A stretch of 64,000 nt of DNA. Origin: an uncultured bacterium (GTDB lineage Bacteria; Patescibacteriota; Minisyncoccia; UBA6257; 2-01-FULL-56-20). Where the stretch lies: assembly GCA_963844965.1 (NCBI GenBank), contig CAWJQC010000009.1, positions 32,001-96,000 on the forward strand, read 5' to 3'. Below are positions 52,518 to 61,710 of this stretch, one piece after another; position 1 is the first letter of the stretch; each line of letters starts with the position of its first letter. Below the pieces are notes generated by a model, which made no database searches, had not been told where the DNA came from, and worked only from the letters and a program-made list of their open reading frames with translations. A program made the position numbers and the translations under genes.

Positions 52518-53107
52518 CTACCAGATTGTAAGCGATTCAAACCACATTTCAAGTTTCCGCCAACCTTTTTACAAAGAAGGGTCTCGTGGCGAACAGAGAG
52601 CTATTGTGGGATTGAATGGGCCGGCGCGAGGGACGGAGAATATTTTTCTCGTAACTTCTGCCCAGATTTTACGTTTTCTCTGTTATAGAAATATTGCAAG
52701 CGACCATGGAGGTAAAAATTAAAAGTCGAGCCTCCTAAAGTCGTTGAGATAAACCGCCGAAAGGCAAAAATATCTCATCGGTTGTATGTCTACACAATTA
52801 TTTGGTCCGGAATTTGCCGCCGCCTTTATGAAGGCTACTTGGGATGGTGTGCGGCTTGGTTTCGGTCTCGTTTGGCAAATCTTCGCTGCCGCCTGGCCGC
52901 TATGGCTAATCCTTATCGTCGTCACTGCCGTTGCTTATCGTCTTAGGTAATTATTGAGCTTGGCACTATGCGAACTTGTCGAAAAAAGGTCGGGGAAAAA
53001 TCTTGTTCGTGATAGACGATAATGAAATCTCTTGAGCGAAATTAGCCGCCAACGAAAATAAAAAACTGTTGGCGGCTTTTCGTTTTTATAAGGCGGGGAG
53101 GCGCGCT

Positions 53108-53497
53108 TTATTCTTTGGGAAAAGATTCCTTCACGATAATGTCGTTCTTCTCGTATGGCCCAGAACTGGGCGGCTCAATTTCATTGCAGAGCTTAGTCTT
53201 GCCATGATTATTATACAAACCAAACTCTATATCCAATCTATTGTTCTCATCTGAAACCTTGGCGTATCTATAATATGGCGACCTGCCACTTTTAAAAACC
53301 TTGTCTTTTATGCACTTATTGTTTTTATAATGATCTGATAATCTGTCCTTTATTAAGTCCTGACCGACATAAACAGGGAATCTCTTGTCTGTTTCTAGAT
53401 TGCGGTAGCCAATCAAATAAACTCCATCAAAATTTAGATTGGCAAAATTGTCATCATTAAATTTTTTTGGACCAGACCAAGTAACGGTGAACTCCAT
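53108..53497 (-). CDS. GIY-YIG nuclease domain protein
   Basis: GVYLIGYRN…KRFPVYVGQD…RLSDHY… matches GIY-(x9-11)-YIG-(x)-R-x3-H, with downstream conserved E and N. Its start overlaps the hsdS stop. Confidence 0.55.
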   Translation of the reverse strand: MEFTVTWSGPKKFNDDNFANLNFDGVYLIGYRNLETDKRFPVYVGQDLIKDRLSDHYKNNKCIKDKVFKSGRSPYYRYAKVSDENNRLDIEFGLYNNHGKTKLCNEIEPPSSGPYEKNDIIVKESFPKE

Positions 53498-53498
53498 C

Positions 53499-54869
53499 TT
53501 ATTTTTTACTCTCTATCATTTCTTCGACCTTTAGCTTGGCTTCTTCTAATAATTCTTTTGCTTTTTTGCGGGCGGCGTGAGATTCGCGAATAAGTTCGGC
53601 GATTTTTTGCTGGGTTGGTTTGGGCAAAATTGGAATTACAATATTCTCAACATCTTGATCGGTAATAGTTGGATAAGATGTGCCCGTTGTTGGTTTTTCC
53701 ATTTGCAACTTACCGATGACGGACCGCAAAACAACCTGTAGATATTCGCGCGTCGGAGACGGGACTTCAAAAACCGAGAAGGCGCCACTCGCAACAAAGT
53801 TTTTGCTCCAGCTATCGGGCACGATTGCGATGGCACCACGAGTGGGTCGAACTTTTGAAATCAACAGCTCGCCCCCGACAATTTTAATCTTGGCATTTGC
53901 GGGCAACTCTTTACCCAAGATCAAGTTACTAGAAATTGCTCCGTTTCCAACGTTAACGTCGCTAATCTCGATATATTCGTATTGGACATCGGGCGCAAGC
54001 CCTGCCCGCCTTGCTGTTCGCTTAGCAATTTTGCCAAGAGGTTTTACATTTTCCCCCAAGAGTTTTATTAACTTTTGATACTTCGGCTGGAAAAATTCGG
54101 CGTCAATGCGATTCGCTTTTTTTGCTTCGGACAAATTAACCACGCTCCATAATTCATTTTCCGATTCAAAATTCTTAAGCCCCAATTCTTCCAAAAGTAA
54201 ATTTTCTGCTTGAGAGTATAGGGCATTTGCTTGATCCAAAGTGTTCTTGGCCCCAATCACCACATTGTTGATATCTTTGACGAATGCTTCTGATGGAATC
54301 GGATAAATCAAATCATAAACATCCTGGACATTTAATTTGGGTTGAGCGTTCCCGCTAATTCTCCTCATAATCTGAGCAAAACCAAACCTAGAATTTAGAA
54401 AGGTTAACAGAAATATTTTTTGCTCCGGCATCACTTTCGAGTTTTTGAACTTGATACCGATGTTATTCTCACTTATATTACAAACTTCAAATTCTTCTGG
54501 CACGGCAGATACAATACCAATCGTGTTGCCAACTTTAGACATTATCAAGTCGAAGGGAGAAAGCTGAGATTGCTTTAGTCGGTCATTGTCCTTTTTTGAA
54601 ATATATATGAGCTCGGTTTTATCAAGAAAAAAGTTTTGCAAATCAGAAATTCTCAAAAAAGGAATACCACTACTTACATAGGCACTACTTTTTAACGAGG
54701 AGCCGAAAGGGCCACTAACAACAACAGCGCTTTCTTTTAAGGTTTGTGTTCCGCCAGAAAATGATTTTATTTCGTTTATTAATTTCAAATACTCCGGCTG
54801 ATAATATTCCGCATCCAGCCGGTACGCACCCTCCAGTTGAGATTTTTGGATGATAGAATAACTAACCAT
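53499..54869 (-). CDS. hsdS: Type I restriction-modification specificity subunit HsdS (two target-recognition domains)
   Basis: 456-aa ORF with two TRD-like halves separated by conserved coiled-coil spacers (…LEELGLKNFE…, …KAKELLEEAKLKVEEMI…). Confidence 0.8.
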   Translation of the reverse strand: MVSYSIIQKSQLEGAYRLDAEYYQPEYLKLINEIKSFSGGTQTLKESAVVVSGPFGSSLKSSAYVSSGIPFLRISDLQNFFLDKTELIYISKKDNDRLKQSQLSPFDLIMSKVGNTIGIVSAVPEEFEVCNISENNIGIKFKNSKVMPEQKIFLLTFLNSRFGFAQIMRRISGNAQPKLNVQDVYDLIYPIPSEAFVKDINNVVIGAKNTLDQANALYSQAENLLLEELGLKNFESENELWSVVNLSEAKKANRIDAEFFQPKYQKLIKLLGENVKPLGKIAKRTARRAGLAPDVQYEYIEISDVNVGNGAISSNLILGKELPANAKIKIVGGELLISKVRPTRGAIAIVPDSWSKNFVASGAFSVFEVPSPTREYLQVVLRSVIGKLQMEKPTTGTSYPTITDQDVENIVIPILPKPTQQKIAELIRESHAARKKAKELLEEAKLKVEEMIESKK

Positions 54870-55523
54870 TTATTTTCTATTCTCTTTTTTGAATTTAACC
54901 AGCTTGGCCATTATTGAATCATTTAAAACTATAGCTTTTTCAATAAATCTTTCGCAAAGCCTTATCTCTTTTCGCATTGTTTCCAGCCACGTCTTTTTGG
55001 TTAAAGATTTTTTTGATATTGGCCTAAAACTCCTGTCATAACCAGAAACAGCGGTGTCATAATAAATACGGTGAGTTAACATCTTTCGCTTTACTAATAT
55101 CTCATGCATAACTTTGTCTTCGTTGAATTTCTCTAGATCTTTTTTAACCGAAGATTTTCTGACCATAGAATCTTCAGTAAGTTTATTGAATAAAGAAGCT
55201 TTTTCTGAAAATTGCAGATCAAGAGAGGCGTTTATAAGTTGGCAAATTTTTTCCCTATACGAAAACGCTCTCAACCAAAAATTTTCCAGGTGGTAGCCCA
55301 GGGATTCAAAATCAGTTTCCTGATGAATCGGTGATAGCCAGCCCTTGCCTGTCATAATTATTTTCGCAGTCCTTTCACAAAGCAGGTACGTCCTGGCTGC
55401 CCTACTATAAACGTCAATCAAATCGGATATTTCTTGACGGACCTCATTGTGATAGGCTTTCGCTTTCTTGGGAAACAATCGCCTATCAAAATCAAAAAAT
55501 GGTTGCCCTTTTGTTTTTTTCAT
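54870..55523 (-). CDS. Unknown 217-aa protein embedded between hsdM and hsdS (possible HEPN/Abi-like effector)
   Basis: Contiguous with hsdS (no gap) and 11 nt from hsdM. It is alpha-helical and basic, with an R-x4-H arrangement (RKMLTHRIYY). Confidence 0.5.
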   Translation of the reverse strand: MKKTKGQPFFDFDRRLFPKKAKAYHNEVRQEISDLIDVYSRAARTYLLCERTAKIIMTGKGWLSPIHQETDFESLGYHLENFWLRAFSYREKICQLINASLDLQFSEKASLFNKLTEDSMVRKSSVKKDLEKFNEDKVMHEILVKRKMLTHRIYYDTAVSGYDRSFRPISKKSLTKKTWLETMRKEIRLCERFIEKAIVLNDSIMAKLVKFKKENRK

Positions 55524-55534
55524 TATTTTTTATC

Positions 55535-56842
55535 TCAAAAATCGAATTTTTGTTCCTTGGTAAATTTCACGAATGCCTCGGCGATTTCGTCCAAGTCGTG
55601 GTCAAGCACCTTACGGCCTTTAGAGCCGTGCACATAACTACCGTTCGCGTCTTTTTTATAAATATAGTCACCAGAATTATCTTTGCTACCTTTTTTAGAG
55701 ACCGCCATGAAAATTGGATAATCCTTTTGCGGTTTGCCAGTGTCGCCGCCCCATTTTTGTAAAAAGAGCACGCTTGTTTTTGTGCCGGTATGCGGCTTGA
55801 ACGTGTTACCGTGAAGCCCGACGACGGCAAGAATACGCGCTTTTTCAAAAAGCCACTCACGGATATATTCCATGTTGGTGTTGTTAAGCACGCCTTGCGG
55901 CAGAACGATTGCCAAGCGGCCGCCGGGACGGAGCATGTCCAATGCGCGTTCAATAAATAAAATGTGTCGCTCAACGTTATTGCGAAGCTTACCTCCTTCT
56001 TTTTTTGCCAGTTCGTACTGGCGCAGAAGTCCCTGCTCCGGATTTTCTCCGGCGAAGGGCGGATTCGTGAGCAATATATCAAAATTCAAATGCCGATAGG
56101 TCAGATGATTTTCCTTGTCGCTTTCGCTATTATCCAAGGTTTGCAACAGAGGTTTAAGCGCCACGCGTGCTTCTTCCGCCTCCGGACCAGTCCACTCCCG
56201 CGAATCCAACGAATCACGTTTGAAAATATGGTGCTTGCCATCGCCAGCGATAAGCATTAATGCCTGCGATATCCGGCGCATGTTGTCGTCAAAGTCAATG
56301 CCAAAAAGATATTTTGCGGCGTAGGATTTTTTCGCCGCTTCGGTTTTTGAAAAATTGTCCCAGACATGATACATCGCGTGAAGGAGGAATCCGCCAGAGC
56401 CGCATGCCGGATCTACCACGTATTCGTTTTCTTTCGGGCTGAGCATCTTTACGCACATTTTAATGACATGCCGCGGCGTGAAATACTGCCCCTTTTTTCC
56501 CTTAGAAACTTCGGTGATGAGATGCTCAAACGCTCCATCCACAATCTCGTATTCGCCCTGCCCAAGCTCAAATAAGCGAATATTTTCCACGAACGGCACG
56601 CAGATGTTAAGGCGTGCGGCGGTAAGCTTGATTTTATCCGATGGTTCGAATGTGTCGGGCCACTCCTTGACCGCTTCCTTAAAAAGCCCGTTTACAACCT
56701 CGTAGGTTTTTTCGGCGTCTTTATATCTTCTAAACAACACCTCCCTACTTTCCCTTTCTCGGATAGCCATTTGCTCATCGTAGAGCTTGGCGTAAATAAG
56801 CTTGAAGATTCTCTTCAAAAACATTACCGCCGGAGCCGGCAA
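55535..56842 (-). CDS. hsdM: N6-adenine DNA methyltransferase, HsdM-like
   Basis: …GQYFTPRHV…DPACGSGGFL…NPPFAG… The true start may be the internal Met at 56770, which would avoid the overlap with the upstream gene. Confidence 0.85.
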   Translation of the reverse strand: MPAPAVMFLKRIFKLIYAKLYDEQMAIRERESREVLFRRYKDAEKTYEVVNGLFKEAVKEWPDTFEPSDKIKLTAARLNICVPFVENIRLFELGQGEYEIVDGAFEHLITEVSKGKKGQYFTPRHVIKMCVKMLSPKENEYVVDPACGSGGFLLHAMYHVWDNFSKTEAAKKSYAAKYLFGIDFDDNMRRISQALMLIAGDGKHHIFKRDSLDSREWTGPEAEEARVALKPLLQTLDNSESDKENHLTYRHLNFDILLTNPPFAGENPEQGLLRQYELAKKEGGKLRNNVERHILFIERALDMLRPGGRLAIVLPQGVLNNTNMEYIREWLFEKARILAVVGLHGNTFKPHTGTKTSVLFLQKWGGDTGKPQKDYPIFMAVSKKGSKDNSGDYIYKKDANGSYVHGSKGRKVLDHDLDEIAEAFVKFTKEQKFDF

Positions 56843-57488
56843 GCGCTAATTCTTCTATACGCTTGACGACTTTTATGAAGTCAAACTTCGGGGTCAAATC
56901 GCTCCACGTTTTCTTAATTTCAAACAAATCGTCCACTGTTTGATCGGCCGTTGGAATCTCGCTCAATGATTCATATTCTTTCGGATAGGGACGATATAAA
57001 ATTACTTTATCCGTGCCGTTAGACCAGATGCCGATCTCCGACCCCTCCGCGCTCAAATACGCTTTTAATTGTTCCTGCCCTTTCTTTTCGCTGGGCGCCT
57101 TAACTTCGACAATAATGTACGGTGTGATTTTATCTTTCTTGTAAACAACGATGTCCGCGGCCTTTGCGTGAATTTCTCGTCCAAAGTGGATGCTTTTTTC
57201 TGTTTCCATTCGCTCAAACGGATATTTGTAGTTGGTGTGAAGTTTATATAACCAGAGTTGGCGGACGATTTCCTCCGGCCTGCCTGCGTTTTTCTTGGCA
57301 TCAAAAACTAAACGTTTTTTACCGCTTTTCAGGTCGGCGATGAAAAAACGGCTTGGTTCGTCTTCGGTAATTTCGAGCGCCGCGTTAAATTCTACGCCCT
57401 CAAACTCTTTGAGACCGTAGAGCAGCTCGGTATCCTTAAAAATCTTTCCAATTATTTCCTCTGCTTTGTTTTGTTTTTTGGTGGGCAT
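56775..57488 (-). CDS. Standalone PD-(D/E)xK nuclease resembling the HsdR N-terminal domain (no helicase motifs)
   Basis: …AADIVVYKKDKITPYIIVEVKAPSEKKGQEQLKAYLSAEGSEIGIWSNGTDKVILYRP… gives the D…EVK PD-(D/E)xK layout of HSDR_N-type domains. It is only 237 aa, with no GxGKT/DEAH motif. Confidence 0.55.
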   Translation of the reverse strand: MPTKKQNKAEEIIGKIFKDTELLYGLKEFEGVEFNAALEITEDEPSRFFIADLKSGKKRLVFDAKKNAGRPEEIVRQLWLYKLHTNYKYPFERMETEKSIHFGREIHAKAADIVVYKKDKITPYIIVEVKAPSEKKGQEQLKAYLSAEGSEIGIWSNGTDKVILYRPYPKEYESLSEIPTADQTVDDLFEIKKTWSDLTPKFDFIKVVKRIEELALAGSGGNVFEENLQAYLRQALR

Positions 57489-57489
57489 A

Positions 57490-58131
57490 TTATCTTATCG
57501 GTTGCCAATAGTTATTTTTAAGCACCGAGATAATTTTTCCTTTGAGTTCCATCTCGTGGGTAAAAGGAATCAGCTCGTACTTTGGGTTTTCGGGCTTAAG
57601 GTACACGTATGGCGGTTTGTCGTCGGACATGAATCGCTTTATCGTGCCCTCGTCGCCGATTTGGGCATAGACTATTTCACCGGATACGAATTCTTTTTTT
57701 GTTTGAACTAGCACGGCGTCGCCGTCGTCAATACCCGCGTTTATCATCGAATCGCCGGAGACTTTGAGCATAAACACCTCTTCCGCCAATCTGGAAATCT
57801 CTTGAGAAACTGGCTGCCATTCACCGGAAATTTCTATCGACTGAATCGGAGCCCCGGCGCTTGTTATGCCAAGAAAGGCCGCGAGGGGCGGTCTACCGAG
57901 CATCTCATACCCCAAAGGCAATATGGCTAATCCTCTAGCAGCTCCTTCTTTTCTTTGTATTATTTTATTTTTCTCAAGCTTATTGAGAAGATCTAAAACT
58001 GATTGATTTGAGGAAACGCCTAGACTTTCTCGCATTTCATCAAAAGTCGGTGGATGGCCATCGCTCTTAATATATGAGTAAATAACCTCTAAAAGCTGCT
58101 TTTGTCTTGGTGTTGTTATATTTTTCATCAC
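57490..58131 (-). CDS. lexA: LexA repressor
   Basis: N-terminal wHTH, Ala-Gly cleavage site (ITSAGAP), S24 peptidase Ser (GDSM) and Lys (TIKRF). The stop lies 1 nt before the start of the downstream nuclease gene. Confidence 0.85.
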   Translation of the reverse strand: MMKNITTPRQKQLLEVIYSYIKSDGHPPTFDEMRESLGVSSNQSVLDLLNKLEKNKIIQRKEGAARGLAILPLGYEMLGRPPLAAFLGITSAGAPIQSIEISGEWQPVSQEISRLAEEVFMLKVSGDSMINAGIDDGDAVLVQTKKEFVSGEIVYAQIGDEGTIKRFMSDDKPPYVYLKPENPKYELIPFTHEMELKGKIISVLKNNYWQPIR

Positions 58132-58135
58132 TTAC

Positions 58136-58164
58136 ATTATACCCGACTATATATTCAGTTACAA
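58136..58164 (-). promoter_or_regulatory. Putative lexA promoter, TTGTAA-N17-TATAAT
   Basis: On the minus strand, TATAAT lies 8 nt upstream of the lexA ATG, and TTGTAA lies 17 nt further upstream. Confidence 0.4.
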
Positions 58165-58301
58165 TGCGGGTTTATGCACAACCCCTTTTTGGCTGTTTTT
58201 TCCAGTAACTCCCACTTTTCCGCGGATTTTTCCGGAGTAGTAGAAACTCGACAGGCTGGCGCTGGAAGAAAAAGTCGAGTTTCACCACCCCGCATAGCAC
58301 C

Positions 58302-58904
58302 CTAGCGCACCCTTACCGCACCTTTGCGCAAAATTTTCAGATGCCCGTCATTAATCGCCACGAGCGTTGAGGGTTCGGAAACGCACCGGCCGGTGTCAAT
58401 ATAAAAATCCACCTTGTCTCCGAAATAGCGCCGTGCTTCGCGAACCGTCCGCGCCGGCTTCTCACCTTCCCAATTGGCACTCGGAGCCACAAGTGGCCCG
58501 ACATTAACCAATAGTCGTCTTAGCCAATAGGGCTTAGGCAGACGGAATGCCAGAGTTTTAGTCCCGCGATGAAGGTATTTAAATTTTTTAATTTTTAATT
58601 TTGAATTTCCAATTTTCAATATCACGCTTACCTTGTTGGGCCAAACCCGATTCAAAATTTTCCTCTCTTTAGCTCCGATTTTCACGCCGAATTTTTTTGG
58701 GTCGGCCAGCGAAGCGATAAGAACGATCATCGGCTTCCGCGGATTCCGCCGCCTCAACTTGTAAATCCTTTCAACCGTTTTCTTGTTCAAGGCCGAGCCG
58801 ACGATGCCATAAATGGTGTCGGTAGGCAAAATTCCCACGCCGCCGGCAAGCAGTATATCTTTTGTTTTTTTATCTTTATCTAATGAACGGCTGATCTTGG
58901 GCAT
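58302..58904 (-). CDS. tsaC: L-threonylcarbamoyladenylate synthase TsaC/YrdC
   Basis: …ILLAGGVGILPTDTIYGIVGSA…; the start is assigned to the internal Met (MPKISRSL). Confidence 0.75.
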   Translation of the reverse strand: MPKISRSLDKDKKTKDILLAGGVGILPTDTIYGIVGSALNKKTVERIYKLRRRNPRKPMIVLIASLADPKKFGVKIGAKERKILNRVWPNKVSVILKIGNSKLKIKKFKYLHRGTKTLAFRLPKPYWLRRLLVNVGPLVAPSANWEGEKPARTVREARRYFGDKVDFYIDTGRCVSEPSTLVAINDGHLKILRKGAVRVR

Positions 58905-58960
58905 ATTAGCTCTTGACCCGCAAAATTGCGGTTTGCTTGAAATTATCGTACAATACAAAG

Positions 58961-59788
58961 ATGCAAAACACAAAACAAACGATAACCATTGCGGTCGTTT
59001 TGATAGTGGTCGTCGCGGTTCTCTGGTGGGTGTTCGGGACACAGAACGGTGCCCAAAATACAGCCGCTCCGCCCGGAAACGGCTTGCCTACAGCCGGCGT
59101 TACCGTGGAAAGCTCGTCTACCGCCTCTTCTACGTCGCCGTCAGTACCAACGACGGCGACCCAACCGAAATCCCCGACTACAGCCGCACAACCCAAATCG
59201 TCAGCGTCAATTGCCATAATTCATCCCGCCTCCGGAGAAAAATTCGTCGTAGGCCAGAATAATCTCATCCAATGGAGCAAAGAGGGCGGGGTCAGCGGCA
59301 GTATCTACCTTGTGAACAGCGCCGACAAATCAACCGTTGGCTGGATAAATTCCGAAATTGCCGTACACCAGACATCGTATACTTGGGACACACGCGACGT
59401 TTTTTTGAGCCGTTCCAATCCGTCCAAGAAAGATATCGTCCCGGGCACATATATAATAAAACTTCAGTTTGATTCCGCTCGTCTCGCCACGGTATCGAGC
59501 GCGCCCTTCCAGATAATTTATCCGAGCCAAGTGCAAACGCCGTCTTACGCAATCAGCATCAAAAACTTCACATTTTCGCCGGACAATATCACCGTAACCA
59601 AGGGAACGCTCCTCGTTTTCACGAACAACGACGCGGTTACCCACCGGATAATTCTGCAAGGATTCAGTCCCTTCACCGTCACGCCCGGCGCAACTTTAAC
59701 CTTTGACACCTCGGTTCTCGCGCCGAGCCCCTACAGTTTTTACTCCGACGTTTACTCCACGATGCGGCTCACGGTTACGGTGCAGTAA
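58961..59788 (+). CDS. Membrane-anchored secreted protein with a C-terminal cupredoxin-like domain
   Basis: TM helix, a Thr/Ser/Pro-rich linker, then a beta-sandwich region (…ISIKNFTFSPDNITVTKGTLLVFTNNDAVTHRI…). Confidence 0.5.
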   Translation: MQNTKQTITIAVVLIVVVAVLWWVFGTQNGAQNTAAPPGNGLPTAGVTVESSSTASSTSPSVPTTATQPKSPTTAAQPKSSASIAIIHPASGEKFVVGQNNLIQWSKEGGVSGSIYLVNSADKSTVGWINSEIAVHQTSYTWDTRDVFLSRSNPSKKDIVPGTYIIKLQFDSARLATVSSAPFQIIYPSQVQTPSYAISIKNFTFSPDNITVTKGTLLVFTNNDAVTHRIILQGFSPFTVTPGATLTFDTSVLAPSPYSFYSDVYSTMRLTVTVQ

Positions 59789-59803
59789 ATTATTTTCGTA
59801 AAA

Positions 59804-60406
59804 GTGAAATTACTGAAGAGGGTTGATTCGCTGGAAGTCAAACGCTGTTTTGTCGTATCGCAATACGGAAGGGGCAGGAAAGATAAAAGGGACATACCGA
59901 CGTTCACCAAGCGAGCGTTCGCAAGAAGACTGAGTCGGGCGAAAAATTGGGCCAAAAAACTTTCCCAAAAACAACTGGATCGCATCATCGCCTCCGATTG
60001 GAAGCGCCGCCTCCGCGCTTACGATAGCGCCAGCTGGTGGCTAGGACAAGTAAATATAAACGAAGTCGGAGTATGGAGACGTGCCGGCGGCCTGCCGCTC
60101 TCCTGGACTAATTGCTCGCTTCAAGAAACGGCGAAAAAAGTCGCGAAAGCCCTTCCGGCTGGAGGCCGCTCAAGCGCCTTAAAAACGATACCAAAAATTT
60201 TGAAAACCTCAATTGGCTTCGTGCAAAAAGAAAAATTACTGTTTCCGATCGTTTTTCAGGGTGGCACTGGCACGCGAGGCAGAAAGGGGTTGAAAAAAAT
60301 GCGCGGCGACATTGATAACGGCTGCATGAGGGCTATCGCGCTCGCTATGACGGGCAAAAAATCTTTTAAGGCGTATATCGGTGTCAAGCTTCAACCTCAC
60401 AACTAA
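59804..60406 (+). CDS. Hypothetical basic protein
   Basis: 200-aa K/R-rich ORF. Confidence 0.35.
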   Translation: MKLLKRVDSLEVKRCFVVSQYGRGRKDKRDIPTFTKRAFARRLSRAKNWAKKLSQKQLDRIIASDWKRRLRAYDSASWWLGQVNINEVGVWRRAGGLPLSWTNCSLQETAKKVAKALPAGGRSSALKTIPKILKTSIGFVQKEKLLFPIVFQGGTGTRGRKGLKKMRGDIDNGCMRAIALAMTGKKSFKAYIGVKLQPHN

Positions 60407-61701
60407 AATCTGTCCCCGATAAACGCTCTGCCGCGCAGTTTTTTGTGATAGCTTATCGCAAAGCGGTGGGCTTCGTTCCTGACTCTTACGAGCGTGTTTT
60501 TGCTTACGCCGCGCGGGATTTCGCCGATTATGTCGTTGCGCTTGCGCTCTGGGCCCTTGGCGATGCCAACTATAGGAATTTTCAGTCCGAATTCCGCGAG
60601 CACGCTCTTCGCGGCGTTCACCTGTCCCCTGCCGCCGTCAATTAAAATCAAGGCGGGCAATGGCCAATTATTATGGAAGCGCCGGCGCAAAATTTCTTTG
60701 AGCATGCCAACATCGTCGGATTGAGTTATGGTTCTGATTCTGAATTTACGGTATTCGTTACTGTCGGGTTCATTTCTGCTGAACACAACCATAGAGCCGA
60801 CGGCCGAAGTGCCGGAGATATTGGAGATGTCATAACCCTCGACTCTCGTGGGTGGTAGGTGGCGAGTAGTAGGTAGTAGGTCGGAATCAGAGATCAGGGC
60901 AACGTCGCGGATGTGCTGCAACGCGAAAATCTGGCGACGGAATTTTTCGGCTTTTTCAAATTCAAGGTTTTTGCTTGCGGCGGTCATCTCTTTTTCCAGA
61001 TTCCGCAGAATCTGTTTTTTCTTGCCCCCGAACAACAATTTGAGATTTCTGATGTTTTTCATATAATCCCCGCGGCTTATCGCGCCGATGCACGTGCCAG
61101 GGCAAAGCCCCAGTTCGTATTCAAAACATGGACGCCTGCGGCTCAACCAACCCGAAGCAACAAATTTATCCGAATGCTCCGAATTTTTATTTGTAGATTC
61201 GGATGTAATCCGTAGTTTCGGATCGCACGCATCGGCATGAGTGCTCCACGGAAAAATCCGCCGCAGGATTCGTAACGCCTCGCGGATGCTTGACGCCGAA
61301 GTAAACGGACCATACTGCTTCGCCGCTGACTTACGCGGACTAGACGCAGACTTAACTTCTCGTCCACGGACGAGCAGCACACGCGGGAATTTTTCTTTTG
61401 TAATTTCCACGTACAAAAAACTTTTATCATCCCGTTCGCGCACATTGAAGGGCGGCGAGTATTTTCTTATAAGCTCCGCCTCCAAAATCAACGCTTCAAG
61501 CGCCGTATCGGTTTTTCTATGGTCAATTTTTTTGATTTTTCCGACCAATGTTTCAATGCGCGTGTCGTGCGCCCGCATGAAATAACTTGAAACCCGCCGG
61601 CGCAAATTTCCAGCCTTGCCGACATAGAGAATATGGCCGCCTCCGTCCCTGAACAAATAAACGCCCGGCTCGTCGGGCAGGTTTTTATACGAATTATCCA
61701 T
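60403..61701 (-). CDS. uvrC: Excinuclease ABC subunit C (short form lacking the C-terminal HhH domain)
   Basis: GIY-YIG (GVYLFRD…ILYVGKAGNLRRRV), UVR motif, and the RNaseH-like endonuclease domain (…GYDISNISGTSAVGSMVVF…YRKFRI…). Confidence 0.8.
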   Translation of the reverse strand: MDNSYKNLPDEPGVYLFRDGGGHILYVGKAGNLRRRVSSYFMRAHDTRIETLVGKIKKIDHRKTDTALEALILEAELIRKYSPPFNVRERDDKSFLYVEITKEKFPRVLLVRGREVKSASSPRKSAAKQYGPFTSASSIREALRILRRIFPWSTHADACDPKLRITSESTNKNSEHSDKFVASGWLSRRRPCFEYELGLCPGTCIGAISRGDYMKNIRNLKLLFGGKKKQILRNLEKEMTAASKNLEFEKAEKFRRQIFALQHIRDVALISDSDLLPTTRHLPPTRVEGYDISNISGTSAVGSMVVFSRNEPDSNEYRKFRIRTITQSDDVGMLKEILRRRFHNNWPLPALILIDGGRGQVNAAKSVLAEFGLKIPIVGIAKGPERKRNDIIGEIPRGVSKNTLVRVRNEAHRFAISYHKKLRGRAFIGDRF

Positions 61702-61710
61702 TAATTTATT

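Noticed and set aside
56775-57488. Interpretation of the 237-aa HsdR-N-like ORF as a simple remnant of a decayed full-length hsdR
   Set aside because: The ORF is intact, translationally coupled to lexA upstream and hsdM downstream, and there is no space or residual helicase-motif sequence for a decayed motor domain. A standalone nuclease is the more parsimonious reading, though a remnant cannot be fully excluded.
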